64,000 nt of DNA from Podarcis liolepis (Eukaryota), in NCBI GenBank assembly GCA_965112155.1, contig OZ218103.1, one strand, 5' to 3'. Positions 37,639 to 52,165 of this stretch are shown in pieces. Each line of letters starts with the position of its first letter. The stretch's first letter is position 1. Under the pieces are notes generated by a model that did no database searches, was not told the DNA's origin, and was given only the letters and a program-made list of their open reading frames with translations. The position numbers were made by a program, and so were the translations under genes.

Positions 37639-38694
37639 TGCTGGTGGTAATCACATCTTTGAAAGATTGCACCCAAACAACACCATCCATGAACAAGAGG
37701 GAGTTATCGACAGACTTGGGGTAACTGAGATTGCAGAAGTACCAAAAAAAAAAAAAAACTTTAGGAAAACGCTTCTAAGACAGAGCTGGGAAATTTTTCC
37801 GTCCTGGCAGGCCAGATCTTTATTTCTCCCCCACCCCTGCTTGTGGGCCAACGTTGACAGGTCGGCAGGGCTATTGATCTGTCCACCACCTAACATCCTG
37901 ATACTGTCTGCAGTTGACTGATAGGTAGGCAATCCCACCCGTCAGAGTTGTCCTTTGGAGTTGGGGTTATGGGTCTGTTTCACCAGTGCATTCCCTACTG
38001 GGAACATTTTAGCAAAGGAGATCCTAGCAGATGAGTGGAAGGTTCAATCTTCTTGGCTACGAGGGTCTGCTTCACCCAAGCATTCTCCACAGGGAATGAG
38101 CTAGTGAATCGGTACCCAATGAAATTGAGCCCCACCTCCTTTCCCATCAACTGGGTGATGCCAGCTGATGGACAAATGGGCATGGTTTGGGGTAAATGGC
38201 TTCACAGGCCAGCTAGAAAAAGAATCTCCATAACAAAGAAAGGACAATCAAGGTAATATTCTGCTGTCCTACTGCTTTGACTGATTTACAATCAAGAATC
38301 ACAATTGATCTTGAGCATCAATTGGGGAATATTGCACTAGGCAATTTAAATGACTGCCTGGGACAGTACACTGAAGGGAGAAGGTGGCATATTTTGAGCA
38401 GTGGCAATGTTAGATAGTAGTAATGGTCCATCACTAGCATTCCTGTGTTGTGTTTTTGCTTATGTTTCTCTCAAGGACTGCAGGATGTAAGAGGAGGCAA
38501 GCAAATGCAGTGCAATAGATTTTAATAAGTGAGGACTTTTAAGAATTGGATTACAGTTTTATGAAAAATGTGCTCAACAAACATCATCCTAACCAGAAAT
38601 GCTTGTGTCAAATAGGACTATGTGACCATGAAATTACAGGAAGCAGTAGCTGCAGGTAGCAGATTTCAGAAGGGCAGCATTTTCTTATCTCCAA

Positions 38695-39415
38695 AGTCTA
38701 ATTGGGAGCAGTGACCATGGTGCTATTAAATTAAACGTACATGTAAATGGCCATTTGCCAAGAAAATCCAGCATGGTCACATTTGATTTCAAAAGGAGAA
38801 ATTTCCCCCGAATGAGGGGATTGGTAAAAAGGAAGTTGAAAGACAAAGTCAAGAGGGTCAAATCATTCCAAAATGCCTGGGAGTTGTTTAAAAACACAAT
38901 AGTGGAAGCTCATCTGGAGTGGATACCGAAGATGAGGAAAGGTACCATGAGGGCCTAGAGCATGCCAAAGTGGTTGATGAACAGAGTCAAAAGAAAGCTT
39001 CCTTCAAAAAATATGGAAGTCTTGTTCAAATAAGAGAACACAATGAGCATAAGGAGATTGCAGAGAAGCTGGACAAATTATTTTGATTTCTGGACATCCA
39101 ATGAAACTGAATTTTGGAATATTCAGGGCACATTAAAGAAAATACTAAGCAGTTCATGATTAAACCATGGAACTTGCTCCTACTGGAGCCAGTGATAGCC
39201 ACCAACTTAGACGGCTTTACAAGAGGATTTGATAATTTCATGGTGAATAAGGCTACTAACCACGATGGCTGTGCTCTGCTTCCATGGTTGGAGGTGGTAA
39301 TACCTCTGAATACTAGACTCTGGAAACCTCAGGAAGCCCTGGTTGTAGGGTTCCCAGAAGAGGATGCTAGGTTAGATGGCACCATTGGCCCAATCCAGAA
39401 GGCTGCTCTTATACT
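38695..39415 (+). mobile_element. CR1 LINE pieces: endonuclease-RT linker region followed by a 3' end
   Basis: GSSDH…DFKRRNFPRMR…W..FKNTI.EA…IPK from CR1 ORF2, then a CR1 3' terminus matching 8515-8815. Confidence 0.75.
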
Positions 39416-39872
39416 TTATTGGTACATGCTGTTAAAACAAAAATGCACAGGGAGAGGGTTGGAATCAATTTACTAGTTTGCTGCAGGTGCAAAAATGTCT
39501 AAAGATGATTATATACACTTATGCCTTACGGCTGGTATTTTTCACCATCCCTGCCTTATCATCTTCGGTGTGTGAGAGCTTGTAGTGCAGGTGAGTAAAA
39601 GGCGGGCTTTTGTAAATAGTTATTTCAGGACCGAATCCTGACCTAGCAAGCTGTGACTCAAATGAAGCTTTACTTGATGGCTTTGGTTGCCGCCCCATCT
39701 GTAGAAGAACTGCAGCAATTTGAGTGAGCCGTTTGTGTTTGGTAACATTTAGGATAAACAACACCCAAGTCCAGTTTACTCTTTTGTGTCTTACATAACG
39801 GCCCCTGGTATCTGCTCTGGGCAGGGTAGCCATATAAGGGATAAAGTTCTGCATGCCTATAAAGCAGTGGAG

Positions 39873-39873
<1 letters not shown>

Positions 39874-39907
<34 letters not shown>
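39874..39907. repeat. (GT)n microsatellite
   Basis: Direct reading. Also (CT)n at ~49633-49665 and (TTA)n/(TTG)n at ~52105-52163. Confidence 0.95.
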
Positions 39908-39910
<3 letters not shown>

Positions 39911-40786
39911 AAACTTACAGTACAGTCATTATTTTAACAGCACTTATTGTGACTTAAGGTCAACATTCGTCTTCCAGAATTTTCTTTATTGAAGGAACGA
40001 AGCTTTATGCCATAACCCCATGTCTCTTCTAATTGAATGAGTGCTTCCTTTGTCCTTGAAGCAACAAAGAAATATGTGCATCTAGTCTCTGCAACATGGA
40101 GAGCATCTACTTTCAGATTTGGCATGTCTCAACTTTAAAACCAGCTTCTTCTTTTTTTAAAGGTGTATTGGCACACCCCTGCTTAAGTTGCAATGCACAG
40201 TACTGAAGGACATTGTTGTGGCTTTCTAGAACAAAGAATTGGCAGCTACCACAGCTCAAACACTCACATGCCTATGTGTTTTAGGCATTAATGAGGTCTG
40301 TTGGAAGGTTAGGGTCCTTAAGCTTTTCCTTAGCTCTGCTACACATACCTGCAAATTTCTGAATATGCCAGAAAAAAATGCTTTCAAATAACTTGAGTTG
40401 GTTAACTGGAATGAAAAGACTCTGAATAGTGTAGTTCCTAAATAACCATGCTTGTTGCTGTTGCCATGTGCTTTCCTTCCTGCATAGAATGAGAGAAGAT
40501 TGTTCCAGTGTGTGGCACAGAGAAAATGCAGCAAAGGATAATGTAGAGGTGCCCAAATGTGCTGGAAGTAGCTTTTGATACATCACCATGACATGTACGG
40601 ATGCAGGGTGGTCACTTCTGCATTGTGATAAAAATGGGGATGCGGATTTGCAAAAGCTAATTTGTGTATATAGGTGCAAATTTAGAAATAATTAATACAC
40701 TGCATTGCCTGAGCAGTGAGTACCTCAGAAAAATCCAAGTACTGATACAGAGAATATTGTTCCCTAGTTTTGCTAGTCTAACACAC

Positions 40787-41028
40787 TGAAGAAGAGGAGT
40801 TTGGATTTAATATCCCGCTTTATCACTACCTGAAGAAGTCTCAAAGCGACTAACATTCTCATTTCCCTTCCTCCCCCACAACAAACACTCTGTGAGGTGA
40901 GTGGGGCTGAGAGACTTCAGAGAAGTGTGAGTAGCCCAAGGTCACCCAGCAGCTGCATGTGGAGGAGCAGGGAAGCGAATCTGGTTCACCAGATTACGAG
41001 TCCACCACTCTTAACCACTATACCACAT
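40787..41028 (-). mobile_element. tRNA-derived squamate SINE (Squam3/CORE-like)
   Basis: Minus strand: TGTGGTATAGTGGTTAAGAG A-box, B-box-like 'ccagattcgcttccc', CORE-like 'gctgggtgaccttgggc', (CTT)n tail. Confidence 0.8.
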
Positions 41029-42149
41029 AGTGCTATGTTGTTCTACTGTATGTAACATACTTCCTAACGTTTTTCATTTCTCTTCAGTCTCTTTGCTATC
41101 GTGCCCTGCAAATTATTTCACAGCACATCATTCCATTAGCACAAGCCCTTGCTTCGCTCCTTAACCTGAACTACCACTTGCATAATGCGTGGCAACCTGG
41201 TAACCTGCTGTCTAGATTCAGCCTATCTGAACCTAGTTTTTATGTCACTGTCACTTCTAAACTACTAGTTGCATTGTATTTCTGCAAGTATGGTTAACTG
41301 TCACTCTGAACTCCTGCACTACCAGTTTTAACTTTAATTTAGACTGGAATCCCTTTGAATTTAGACAGCAATCCCAATACCTTAACTAGGAATAGTCTCT
41401 TCAAACTATGACTCAGAAGAAGTAGAGGCTTTCTGGGTAGTTTTTTAGTAGCTTGTGTTTAGCTGTTGTGGTGGAGGAAAAGCATTTGATGTGCAAAAAC
41501 TGGCACAGGAGAGTGACACCCAATTATTGCTAGTATCAGTTAATTGTATCTCATGCTAAATTCCTTAACCTTTAAACAGGAGGTGTTCATACCCTAGATA
41601 GACTATGGTATGTTAGATATCAGAGTACAAGTCAGCTTGACAAAATCCAGGTACACTTTGTTAATAACCATGTATTATACCTTGAAGAGACATAAGTGCA
41701 GGAAAGACGAAAAAAGCTCTGTGCTTGTCAATATTGAGAGCTGGAGGATTAAAACATGGTTCTCTAGCTTTAAATCAGAAGATTAATTGTTTAATGCTAT
41801 ATGTTATATGTTTTGGAAGTCTACATCCTCATTGTGTTCAGTGGGCATATTTTCCTATCACCAATAATTGTTCCACTGCATTGTTCCACTGCATTTCAGA
41901 AGTAACCACACTCCAGTAGCTGCACTTTATTTAAAGAGATTTCTTTATCATTTAACTTTATTACAGCAGGCACAGCCTGGACGCTGTTCGAGTGACAAGG
42001 ACTATTTCCTTAATTACTGTGCATTGATAATAGCATTTACTCTGGCAGCTCCAGTGCTATTCAATCAAGCGAGATTCAATACAAAAAAAGCTGATTTGCC
42101 AAAAGGAAGATTAGCATAAGTGCCTGCAGTCACATTCTATTTTTAAAGG

Positions 42150-43172
42150 TAAAGTTACTTCTTGTCAGAACTTTATTAAAAGCCATAACATGATTACTAT
42201 CATCTACCTGCTATTGTTAAAAAATAAATAAATCTTAAAAATCTGCAAACTTCAATATTCAAGCTAAGGACATTTAACATGCTCCCTCCTCCCATCCTAA
42301 AGTATTTGATCACATCTGATTTACAAAAGCAACGGCAGGGTTTATTTCTCATCCTACTCTGACGTAGATACTCAAATTTATTGTACCAAGTTTTCCTCCC
42401 CCTAATTTTGTATTGCTGCACTTAGTCATCGCTTGATTAAGTGATGACTAAGGAGATTGCTTTTTAAAATGGAACATTTCTCTTTTTTTTGCAGTGGATC
42501 TAGCATAAACTGGAAATGCCGACTTCAGCATTACGCACATCTCTTAGCAGAAGGTTAAACAGGACATTTAAATATTATGGCAAGCTATGATGAGATCAAA
42601 GCTCAGAAAACAAATGGTAACCGGATAACAGCACTTGGTATGCTCAATTATCAAACGTAGAAGATTGAGGACCACATTATGACCTGTACACGTAAATGAG
42701 TCCAGCAGGTCAAACCACTAAAGGAAAGGCATATATATTCCATAGCTTCCTCTTAACAAAATGGCAGGCAAACAGTTTTAAATCCTTCTAAAACGGCTGA
42801 AAGTGTTGGATAGCCATCTTTTTACAAAGACTCTTGTTGCAGACTATATCTATCTAGCTATCTAGCCAGGGGTTGTTCTGGGCTTGTTCCTTCACAGCTG
42901 GCTATTGTTGTGAGAATAAGAGAACAGACACTGCTTCCATAAGTAAAACTATGAAGTCAGTAACTGAGCTCACTCTTTCAGCAACTCGTTTAACAAGTGC
43001 TGATGTAGGCTTAGAGACACAGTGCATTCCCCTCTTATTTTAGCTCTTATGAAGTGGACCTGACTTTAAACAACAGTTAAGACTTTCCAGGTGGCAACAA
43101 AGCTGACAAAAGTGAAATTGCCAACGGTAGTTGTGCTGAAATATTAAGAGACTTTTTATACCTCTCTTCATA
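42150..43172 (-). other. TM2D1: Candidate terminal non-coding exon (3'UTR) of TM2D1
   Basis: A donor follows the TM2D1 stop, so a UTR exon is expected. Best candidate acceptor is catttttgcttttcccag|T at 43173/43172, with AATAAA on the minus strand at 42172-42177. Boundaries are inferred only. Confidence 0.35.
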
Positions 43173-46100
43173 CTGGGAAAAGCAAAAATGCTTTATGGTT
43201 GGAAGAAGTGACAGAAAGAAGACAAGGGAAATGACAGCAATGACCATTGTTTATATTCCTCACAAACAGCAAGATGAAAATGCTACAAACATTTAGCTCT
43301 GAATTGGGGAGAGGGACAGTGATGTAAGTGTTCCTAGGGAACAATATTCTTATTCTGTTGAAGGAGGTGAGCCAAGACACTTAAGCTCCAGAGAACCTTT
43401 AACACAGGAAGCTATTTATCATAACAAGCTTGGTTGAGACTGCTCCCCATACTGAACCAATTAGAGTAGCTTATTTCGTCATACTTCATAACTTGCAATG
43501 ATAGGTTTCCAAGCCTGGCACAGTGCAGTAATTGAATTTTGATCAAACACACATGGCCCATAACCCACTATGTGAAACTTTCAGAGCAGTTCGCAGCTTT
43601 TAAATATCCAGTCAACTTGTTGCCAAAAGTACAGGATGTACTTGATGCAAGGGAGGGAGAGAATGAATGAGCTGGAACTTGGTACATCTGTAAAACAACA
43701 TTTTTTTGTCTGACTTTTCCTCTTGCTTTTAAAGAGCAGTCAGGAAAGGGATGCTGAATCTGAGGTCATTTCTTCCTGCCTTTACTTTTATGTTCGCACA
43801 TGCACTTTTCAGAGTTTTTATGCAATTTGTATTAAGTCCATTGTGCAGTAATTCATGATGCATTTTCCATAATTTATGTCCATTGTTTATTCTTATTTAA
43901 CAAAATAATTTAAAAGGAAAGTCACTGTCCTATTATTGTCGGGGCTATGGTTATTGTCAAAACCATGGCCTGTGTATGATGAAGCTGTCTTCTGCTTTTT
44001 GGCATGGGCAGAGATGACGAGACAACTGATGACACAGATGCTTCCATCAAATCATGTCCTTTGAAGGCAGACCCCTTCCATTAGTTATTGTTCAGCTGAA
44101 CTCTGGAAGAAATCAAAGTATTAAATGATTAATTCCTGTCAGTGGGAAAGCATGAGTGGTTCCATAGCTTCCATGAATGAAAGACAGTTTGTGAAGCTGC
44201 CTCTTGTCCCACAGGAACCCAGAGCACAATAGTAGCCTCTTGAGTCCCCTTTGCAACAGCACAGTCAAACACACATCCCCCTCAAAGCCTGAACAACAGC
44301 TGCCCCCCATTTGCAGCAAGAATGGAGCTTGGATTTTCTTCACTTTTGTTCTCCTTTCTGCTCCCTTTCATAGGACTAAATTTCTATACGGCTGGTTATA
44401 GGATAGACATGAGCTGCATCTTCTCTTCCAACCACACCTTTTATCTATGTTCATTCCCAGCGCTTGTCATCAGGATACTACTGTAGGACACAGCTGCTGC
44501 TGGAGCCCCATGGGTGGCAGCTAGGTTAGCTGACTTCTCAGCTTCTTCCTCTTTGCTCTACGTCAGTCTATAGTTTAAAGCAGGGATAACCACTGTGGTG
44601 TCTCCAGATATTGCTGGACTCTAGTGAGCATGACCAATGGCCAGGGATGACATGAGCTGTAGTCTGGTAACATCTGGAGGTACATGCTGACAAACTCTGA
44701 CTTAAAGTATAGCTAAGCACATTAAACTATTGCATACACTAGAGATAAACACCAGTAGCAGCAAAATGCATATGTGAGCTAGTAGACAGCTGTAAATCAC
44801 CTACTTCTTGTCACCTGGTTGTGAACCAGCAAGGAAATAAACACATTTCAATGGCAAACTTTTATACACTGGAAAACAATGCAAATGAATGGTATCCTTG
44901 GTACGATTTGTAATTGCAGGATACAAATACATTCTGATCGCTTGAAGTTGCAAACTTGCATGCCTGCAAACTTACAATACAGAAGTTTAATATGGAAATC
45001 ATTGAATATGATCCTGAGAAATATCTGTCGGCTGTTTTCAACTTTATTCGGAAACCACATGGCACCAACTGAGCCAAAGAACTCACTGGCTTAGCACAAA
45101 TGAGCAAATGTGTGGGTTCCTGGTGAAATCAGTCACTGTGCTCCTCCCCAGTCATTTTGCTCCTGCCATAAGCTGCGGTCTGGCTTAGGGTGCCATCTGA
45201 ACCTGGGCTCATGATTTAGCTCTCCCCGACAAACCATGAGCTGTAAAAACCATAGGACAAACCTTAGTTTCAGTTTGTGATTTGTCTAGAGACAGCTAAG
45301 TCATGAGCTTGAGTTTGAATGCTAAGCCAAACCACAGCTTAGCACAGTAGCAAAACAAGTAGGGAGGAACAAAGTGGCCATGATCTCTTCCCTGGGAGCT
45401 GGCACATTTTTATAAAGCCATGCTGTGCCGTAACATGATATGTGAACCAGACCACCGGGTGGTACATGAGTCCCATGTGTGTTTTCAAGCCTTCTCCCTA
45501 TTTCATATAAAATGTGCCTTTTCTCAGTGCATAAGACAGACCTGTCAGGAACATAGGATGTCACTCTAGAAAACTAGAATTTTTATGGCTAGTTTGCTTC
45601 AGTTGTCCCATGCGCCTGTTTGAGGGTAAAGGTACCACGAGGATATGAAAGTTAGCGGTACCAGCATGCTCAGTTAAAGGATCTCAGGTGACTTGGGTGG
45701 CAAGGATACCTGCTTGAGATCTTTAACTGACAAACTTTCCTTGAGAGCTGCTGCCAGAGTAGACAATATTTGTGAAGATGAACCAATGCCAGTTCATCTA
45801 TATGCCAGTTTCACGCATATAAACAGCTCCATTTGTGATTGCAGAAAATATATATAGGGTTTGAAGGTCTAGAGGCAGCCAAGTCATGAGCCCTTTCAGT
45901 TGCCACACATATACATGTGTTGGAGTGAAAGCCAGGGTATTGGCATATTAATTATGAAACTAAATCAAATTCAGAGCACAGCCATTTTCCATGCTATTTC
46001 TTAATTTTACTTTTGCTAGTGGGAAAACTTAAAAATGAACATGATCCCAATTTGATTGCTGTGTTACTGAACAATTCAGTTGTACATTTAAAGTACATGT

Positions 46101-46835
46101 TGCAAACTTCTTCAAAATGGGATTTATATAGTAATTATACTAATGGAAGATAATCTTTGAAATTGTTGAATAGTCTAGAAACTTGATGCATCAACACAGC
46201 AGCAGACAATACTATATAGGCTTTCCTTGTAGGCTAAACACAGACAGGATCAGTGCTGAGCTTATAACCTGATCTTTGCAATGCACTTGTTTCAATAGGC
46301 ATAAGGTATTTGGTTATGGGGTTTGGCTCCACCTACAGGAAAGAGGAGGCAAAATGTGGGGTAACTAAACATTGCTTTTGCCAAAAACTGCATCTTGCTG
46401 TCTTTTCAAGTGAGATCCACCAATATTGGCTTGGTTCACTGTGGAGAAGGTAATGAACAGCCTCCTCTGCCACTGTTAAGAAGAGAATCACATAGTTTCT
46501 ACCTTCTGCAAACCACAACACAAATGAGAGTTTGGAGTCTTTGCACTGCTGTGTGTTCTTATCATAGGTGAGGGGAAGTTGCATGTGATGGGTGAATGCA
46601 GTTTTGAACACTAAAAAGAGATACTCTTGCATTAGTTACAAAATTCCCAAGAATTTGTAGGGGGTTGGTTACAAAAAGATCATGGAACTGTGCAGTTATT
46701 CTGGTTTTCTGTTACATGACAGGAAACAAGCATTCGACTCCTCTGTGCCGTGCATACTTCATTTTACAAGAGTAATAGTTATTAATCAATTAATGAATTT
46801 TTAACATACCCAAATCAAGGCACTTACTGGCATGT

Positions 46836-46946
46836 TTAAGGGTATATTTGTGGTTTTCTGAATGTCTCATTAGAAATACTCAGTCTGGTAAGTCTTGCTC
46901 CATAATAATCTATGATGTAACTAGAGCCATCAGAAGGTCCAACGAT
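46836..46946 (-). CDS. TM2D1: TM2 domain-containing protein 1, coding exon 6
   Basis: ttctcttttag|IVGPSDGSSYIIDYYGARLTRLSISNETFRKPQIYP*. Donor CCA|gtaagt lies 8 nt after the stop (exon ends at 46828). Confidence 0.95.
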   Translation of the reverse strand: MVGPSDGSSYIIDYYGARLTRLSISNETFRKPQIYP

Positions 46947-47213
46947 CTAAAAGAGAATGCATTACAATATATATATATATTTAAAATCATTTTGAACAAA
47001 AATAAAACAAAATACGATTTTGAACAGTATATATGAAAAGGAATCTATTAAAACCATTACCCTAGCCCAGCAAGACATAAAACCTCTAATTAGAGCTAAA
47101 ACTACTTATTAGAGCTTATTATTCCAAAACAAATATGACTGGAATTCTCTTTTAAATGTTTGTTGGGTGACTCATTTATATACTCTCCCTGCCCAGAACC
47201 CAAGAATGTTTAC

Positions 47214-47264
47214 AGGCAGTCACCCATCCAGGCACTAACCAGACTGAGACCTGCTTAGTTTCAG
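47214..47264 (-). pseudogene. 5S rRNA-derived fragment (SINE3 head or 5S pseudogene) in TM2D1 intron 5
   Basis: Minus strand ctgaaactaagcaggtctcagtctggttagtgcctggatgggtgactgcct resembles the 5S internal control region (gaagctaagcagggtcgggcctggttagtacttggatgggagaccgcct). Confidence 0.7.
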
Positions 47265-49629
47265 TCAGGTGGTGGGCGCATGAATCTTTAGGTGCAGCTG
47301 GGACTTAGAAGCAAACAAAAGCCACAAGATTCCTACAGGAGAATATGCAGTAGCATGTATAAATTGTTATAACACTGCTGACATTTTCTGAAGTTTCAAC
47401 AATAGGGTGGAAATCACACTACCTTTACATGTGAAGACCGACACATATATTTCCACAAACATCTGTGTTTAGGAAATTCAGAAACACTGTTTTGTGTTTA
47501 AAAGAACCAGCTCTTCAAGTGTCAAGCACAATCAAATGTTTTTACTAAGCAACAGTTTCAGCAACCATTTAAGGCCATTTAGGAAGTAAATACATAGTGC
47601 CAAAATAATCTGGAAACATTCCCTTTGGTAAACATCCTTCTCATCCTCAACTTTCTTTAATTTAATATAAAAGCTGACCCAACTGAAAATCCGATCTTTG
47701 CATTAAAATGTTTAATTGGCAGGTGTTTACAATTCATCCCAGAAACCTCACAAATTCATTTATGATGGCAACATGGAATTTCAAGCACATTGTTGTAATG
47801 GATTGAGTTCAGTATTATATAGGATAGGCTCATAATTACAGTTCCCCCTCCCATGCTGTGAAATTATGTTCTAGCAGTTTTAATGTCACATCAGTTTTAC
47901 CTAAATGCTAACATAGCTGAACAGAGAAGCTGAGAGGAGCCTGAATGGGTAAATTTAAATCAGGGAGTTTAATGTCTGTAATTCTATATTGTATAAAACT
48001 TCCACAAACATGTATTTCTTCCTTTGTAATGGCAAACTGAGAAAAGTGTCAATACATGAAATTATTCTGCCAAAACTCCTCTTGAATCCATGAGTATTAT
48101 ATTTCTGGCGTACAATAATTTTAAACCTTTAAGGTTATTTTTAATCATTAGCTGGCAGGTCCAAAACTCATCTATTCTAAGCCCCACTGCTGAAAAAACC
48201 AAACCCCACAAACCCTTCCTGTATTTTCAGCCAGAGAACTGTAATCGCTGGCAGCTAACGTCCAAAAATTAATAACATACCTTCCAAGTGTCAGAAACAG
48301 AGTGGAAATGTCTGTAACTATGCTTCATAGCAACCTAATTGTTTGGTCCTGAAGTTTAAGTTCTGACACCCCAGGTTTCCTTACAGCTATACCTACCCTA
48401 CTAGTATTACACCTCTATGTTTTATGATATTGTGGTTCAAGAAGAGGTGTGGAATTTGAGGGTAGAGCAAATCCCTTCAAATGAATTGAAGTTGTTTCTA
48501 TTTTAGCTGTAAGCCACCTTGAGTCCTTGTCAGGAAAAAAGGCAAAGTATATATATTAAAATAATAGTATTATAATACGTTGTTTGTCTTAAAAAATTTA
48601 ACAACATGGGTGGACCTGGTTGGTTTTTGAACTTATGTACTGGGTTCTGGGGGGCTGTACAGGAGCAGATCATATGAACGAAAGTTTGGTTCCAGTAAAC
48701 CATGATTATTATTATGCCTAGGTCAAATATTTTAATGAGAAAGCATAATTGGATACAGGGATAATTCTTCCTACAATTCTAACTTTGAGATAAACACTGT
48801 GATGGGCCCTATATCTTCCTTTGAAGATATGAGTCTGGATGGTTGACAGCTCTCTGATAGCAGCACCAACGGGACTGCAGATGAGCAAATTATGGTTCTC
48901 CCAATTCTAATTAAAAACAAGGAAACAGAGAGGATTTATCACTGTGATCCATTCAAATCTGTGCTGGAACAATACAGATTTTTTTGTTTAATTGGGACTG
49001 GAATAAAATATTACTTCCAAAATATTACTTCCATTCTTTTGGGGTACCTTTTGATTGTACAAGTTTCCTGTTCAGAGTTTAAGAGTTACCTATTTCTCTG
49101 TTAATTAAACCAGGAAGCAACTGTTCAAGGAAAAATGCCCCAGTTACAAACTATGGCATGAAAGGGGAGTGTAAGATATGAACTGGGTACTCAAGTTTGT
49201 AGTGAGTGATGTCTTCACCCATTTTCCACTAATTGCCCACGTGTGTGCCTTTGTACTATATTCTTGTTACATTACAAGATTATTTTTATGTTAACGAATG
49301 TTTTCTTCCCTGTTTAGAGATAGAAGCCTTTGTTTGGGGCAATTAGTTTGAGAAAGGAGAGTACAATCTTAGCTAGAAACCAGGTGGTTTCAAGGATCTT
49401 CTTCCAGGCTTGGGCAGAATTTATAACATAGTTCTGATAAGGAAAGCTGAAAGACTCAGAGTTGAAAGTAAAGGAAGAGGCACAAATTTTAAATATTGGG
49501 TCAAGGCCTAAAGTAATTAAAGAGTAATTTTAATGAGCAAAGTATTCGGATTGTGTCAGGAGATTTGAAATGAGAGGGGTTCTATTATTAGTGAAACCCA
49601 TAAAGAAGTGGACTTTACCAAGGATGGGG

Positions 49630-49667
<38 letters not shown>

Positions 49668-51493
49668 GTTAGTTTCTTACATTTAACTTAATTGGCACCC
49701 CCCTCCTCAACAGCACATTCCCTGCAGGCATGCTGGCTTGGTGGTGTGGGGAGATGGAGAGTAGGTTGTCTGTTTGCTAAGATGAGGAAATGTGCTTCCA
49801 GGAGTAGCTTCATAGTTTTTCTAGGGTTTTTCCTTTTACATTCTATTTTTTATTTTCCCTAAACCTTATGAATTATTTTAGCTCAATATTTCCAACAGAA
49901 ACCAGTAGCCCTCACCATAGCAATTCTTGTAGATATAAACCTTTGCTTAATATTTTCCAAATTTAAAGTCATTTATTTGCTCATTATTCCTTAAAGCCCT
50001 TAATTCTGTCTCAATATTTGGGAAACACATATCTATGTATCATACATTTAATCTACTTGCTTTAAAATCTTAAGTAACTTTTTGTATATTGTTTCAGAAT
50101 ACCTTTGTAATAAAGTGAAACTTTCCTACTGTTTTTGAGTTAGCTAGACTGCAGCGAGGGTGTTAGGATAACTGCTTTCTTATATTTTATTTTTCATTTA
50201 TAATTTCTTGTTTTAATACAAACACTTCCTATTTCTTCTCTTCAGCATTTGTAGTAGCCCCATTATTACATCTATTGTAGTATGATCACTTTTATGTAAC
50301 TTTCTGTTTATTCATATCATGCTTTTGTCATTTTAAATGGATATTTACAATTTCTCACAATGTTCCAGTTATTTAGTCTTAATACATTTTTAAATTTACT
50401 TTCTTTTTGTGTGGTTCTGGCTCTTCAGTCATATAGAAATATGCTCCGTGGAGCATATTAATGCAGATTGAATATAGAACCTATTATTCATACTTGCTAT
50501 TACATGTCGACCAAGAGAGCATGAGGTCAAGAAATAGTGAACATCAGTCAGATAGGTAAAGGTTAAGTCAACATTTTTAGCCGGCTGTTCAAGCTGAAAT
50601 ACGTGAAGGCTAAATCAGCTCATATGATTTGGCAGTGCTTGGTTTAGATCACATAGCAAAACATGCATTTTGAGACTAGCAGATACTGTGGCTTTATCTT
50701 TGTGGTTCTCAACTATATACAGACAACTCCCTATTTATGCAGGGGTTGCATTCCAAGGCACTGTGCGTGTTGGCGGGATGCAAGTAAGTCCGCCCTATCC
50801 CCTTCCAGTGCTGAAAATGGTGTGCGCATCAGCAGTTGCGCATGGCTTGAATGTGTGCAAATGGGAGAGTTGCCTGTATGTAACATAGGTTTTAAGTAAA
50901 AATTAGGTGACATGGGTCTATAAGCTGACTAATACTACAACAATGGAAAGCAAAGTCCTCCCAGTTATGGAAGATTGGCCTCAGAATATAATAATCTGAA
51001 TATGTAATCTTGAATAAATAAAAGAAATCTGAAATCTAGGAACCTGTCTCACACACTTTTCTGGACTGCCAAGCCTCATATATTTTATTAGTGTTTTTCC
51101 CTCCTCTGCACCCGCCTCCCAAATGATTTCACTTTTCCCAGCAGTGACTAAGGTATGGAAAAATTGTGTTCCAGGGGCCTCTTTCAGAAATGATACAAAT
51201 ATTTCATTGTTATATAACTCCTACTATTCAAAAATAAATTAAATGTTAATAAACTAGAGCTGCTGGAATAAAAAAAAAGTAAAACACATTCTTTAAGAAA
51301 TAGAACAGCCCTATAGCAAACTGCTTTTGAAACTGAGGAAAGTTTTAAAAGCAGTTATTGACATGGCATGGGAATCAGCTGTTCAGATGGGGGGAAAGGA
51401 GAATTCTGCTGGGCTAGCACAAGTCCCTTGCGGAAATCTAAGTAGCTTTTTGGATCCTAGCCAATGTCTTTTATTCTGATGTTGCAAGCTTAC

Positions 51494-51567
51494 CTGCATG
51501 GAAATCAGAATGAAGTCTATTAAACTACCGATTCCACAAAATCCTACTGTGCAGAACTTTAATAAAC
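51494..51567 (-). CDS. TM2D1: TM2D1 coding exon 5
   Basis: cag|(G)LLKFCTVGFCGIGSLIDFILISMQ|gtaagc, 74 nt, TM2 domain. Confidence 0.95.
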
Positions 51568-52125
51568 CTGTGAATTAAGTGACAATCATACATTGAAGAG
51601 CATAAAAAGGTTTAGAGTGTTAGTTTTTAGACAACGATATATTTTCCTTCATAAAACATCTTTCAATTCCTTAGCAGCCCTTGAGTGTTATCCTGAAGAA
51701 GAATATGTGTAGCCAAGAAGTCATTTTTCAGTGCTTACTTTACACATACACCCCACCCCACCCCACCCAAATAGAATTTTTGTAGGGAGAGATGTGGCTT
51801 TGACTGGTACACTACAATTAGCAAAATACGGTGGGTAACTTGGAATGGCCACAAACAAACACAGGGTGATCTCCAACTAAGTAAAGAGTTAGACCCATTG
51901 AAATCAATAGACTTAAGTGACTTAAATTCATTGATGTTCATTGGTCAACTCCAAGTATGACAGTAGATATCACCCCCAGGCTGTAAATTTAGACAGCTAC
52001 ATGTAAATGACTTCAGTACAGAAAGTATAAGGGGGAAAGAAAACCCTCTAAACTAGCCGCTCTGAGCCTGGCCTTGGCTGGGGAGGGCGGGGTATAAATA
52101 AAAATTATTATTATTGTTGTTGTTG

Positions 52126-52165
<40 letters not shown>

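Noticed and set aside
47214-47264. Functional 5S rRNA gene
   Set aside because: Only ~50 nt, diverged, lacking the 5' and 3' domains; a SINE or pseudogene remnant.
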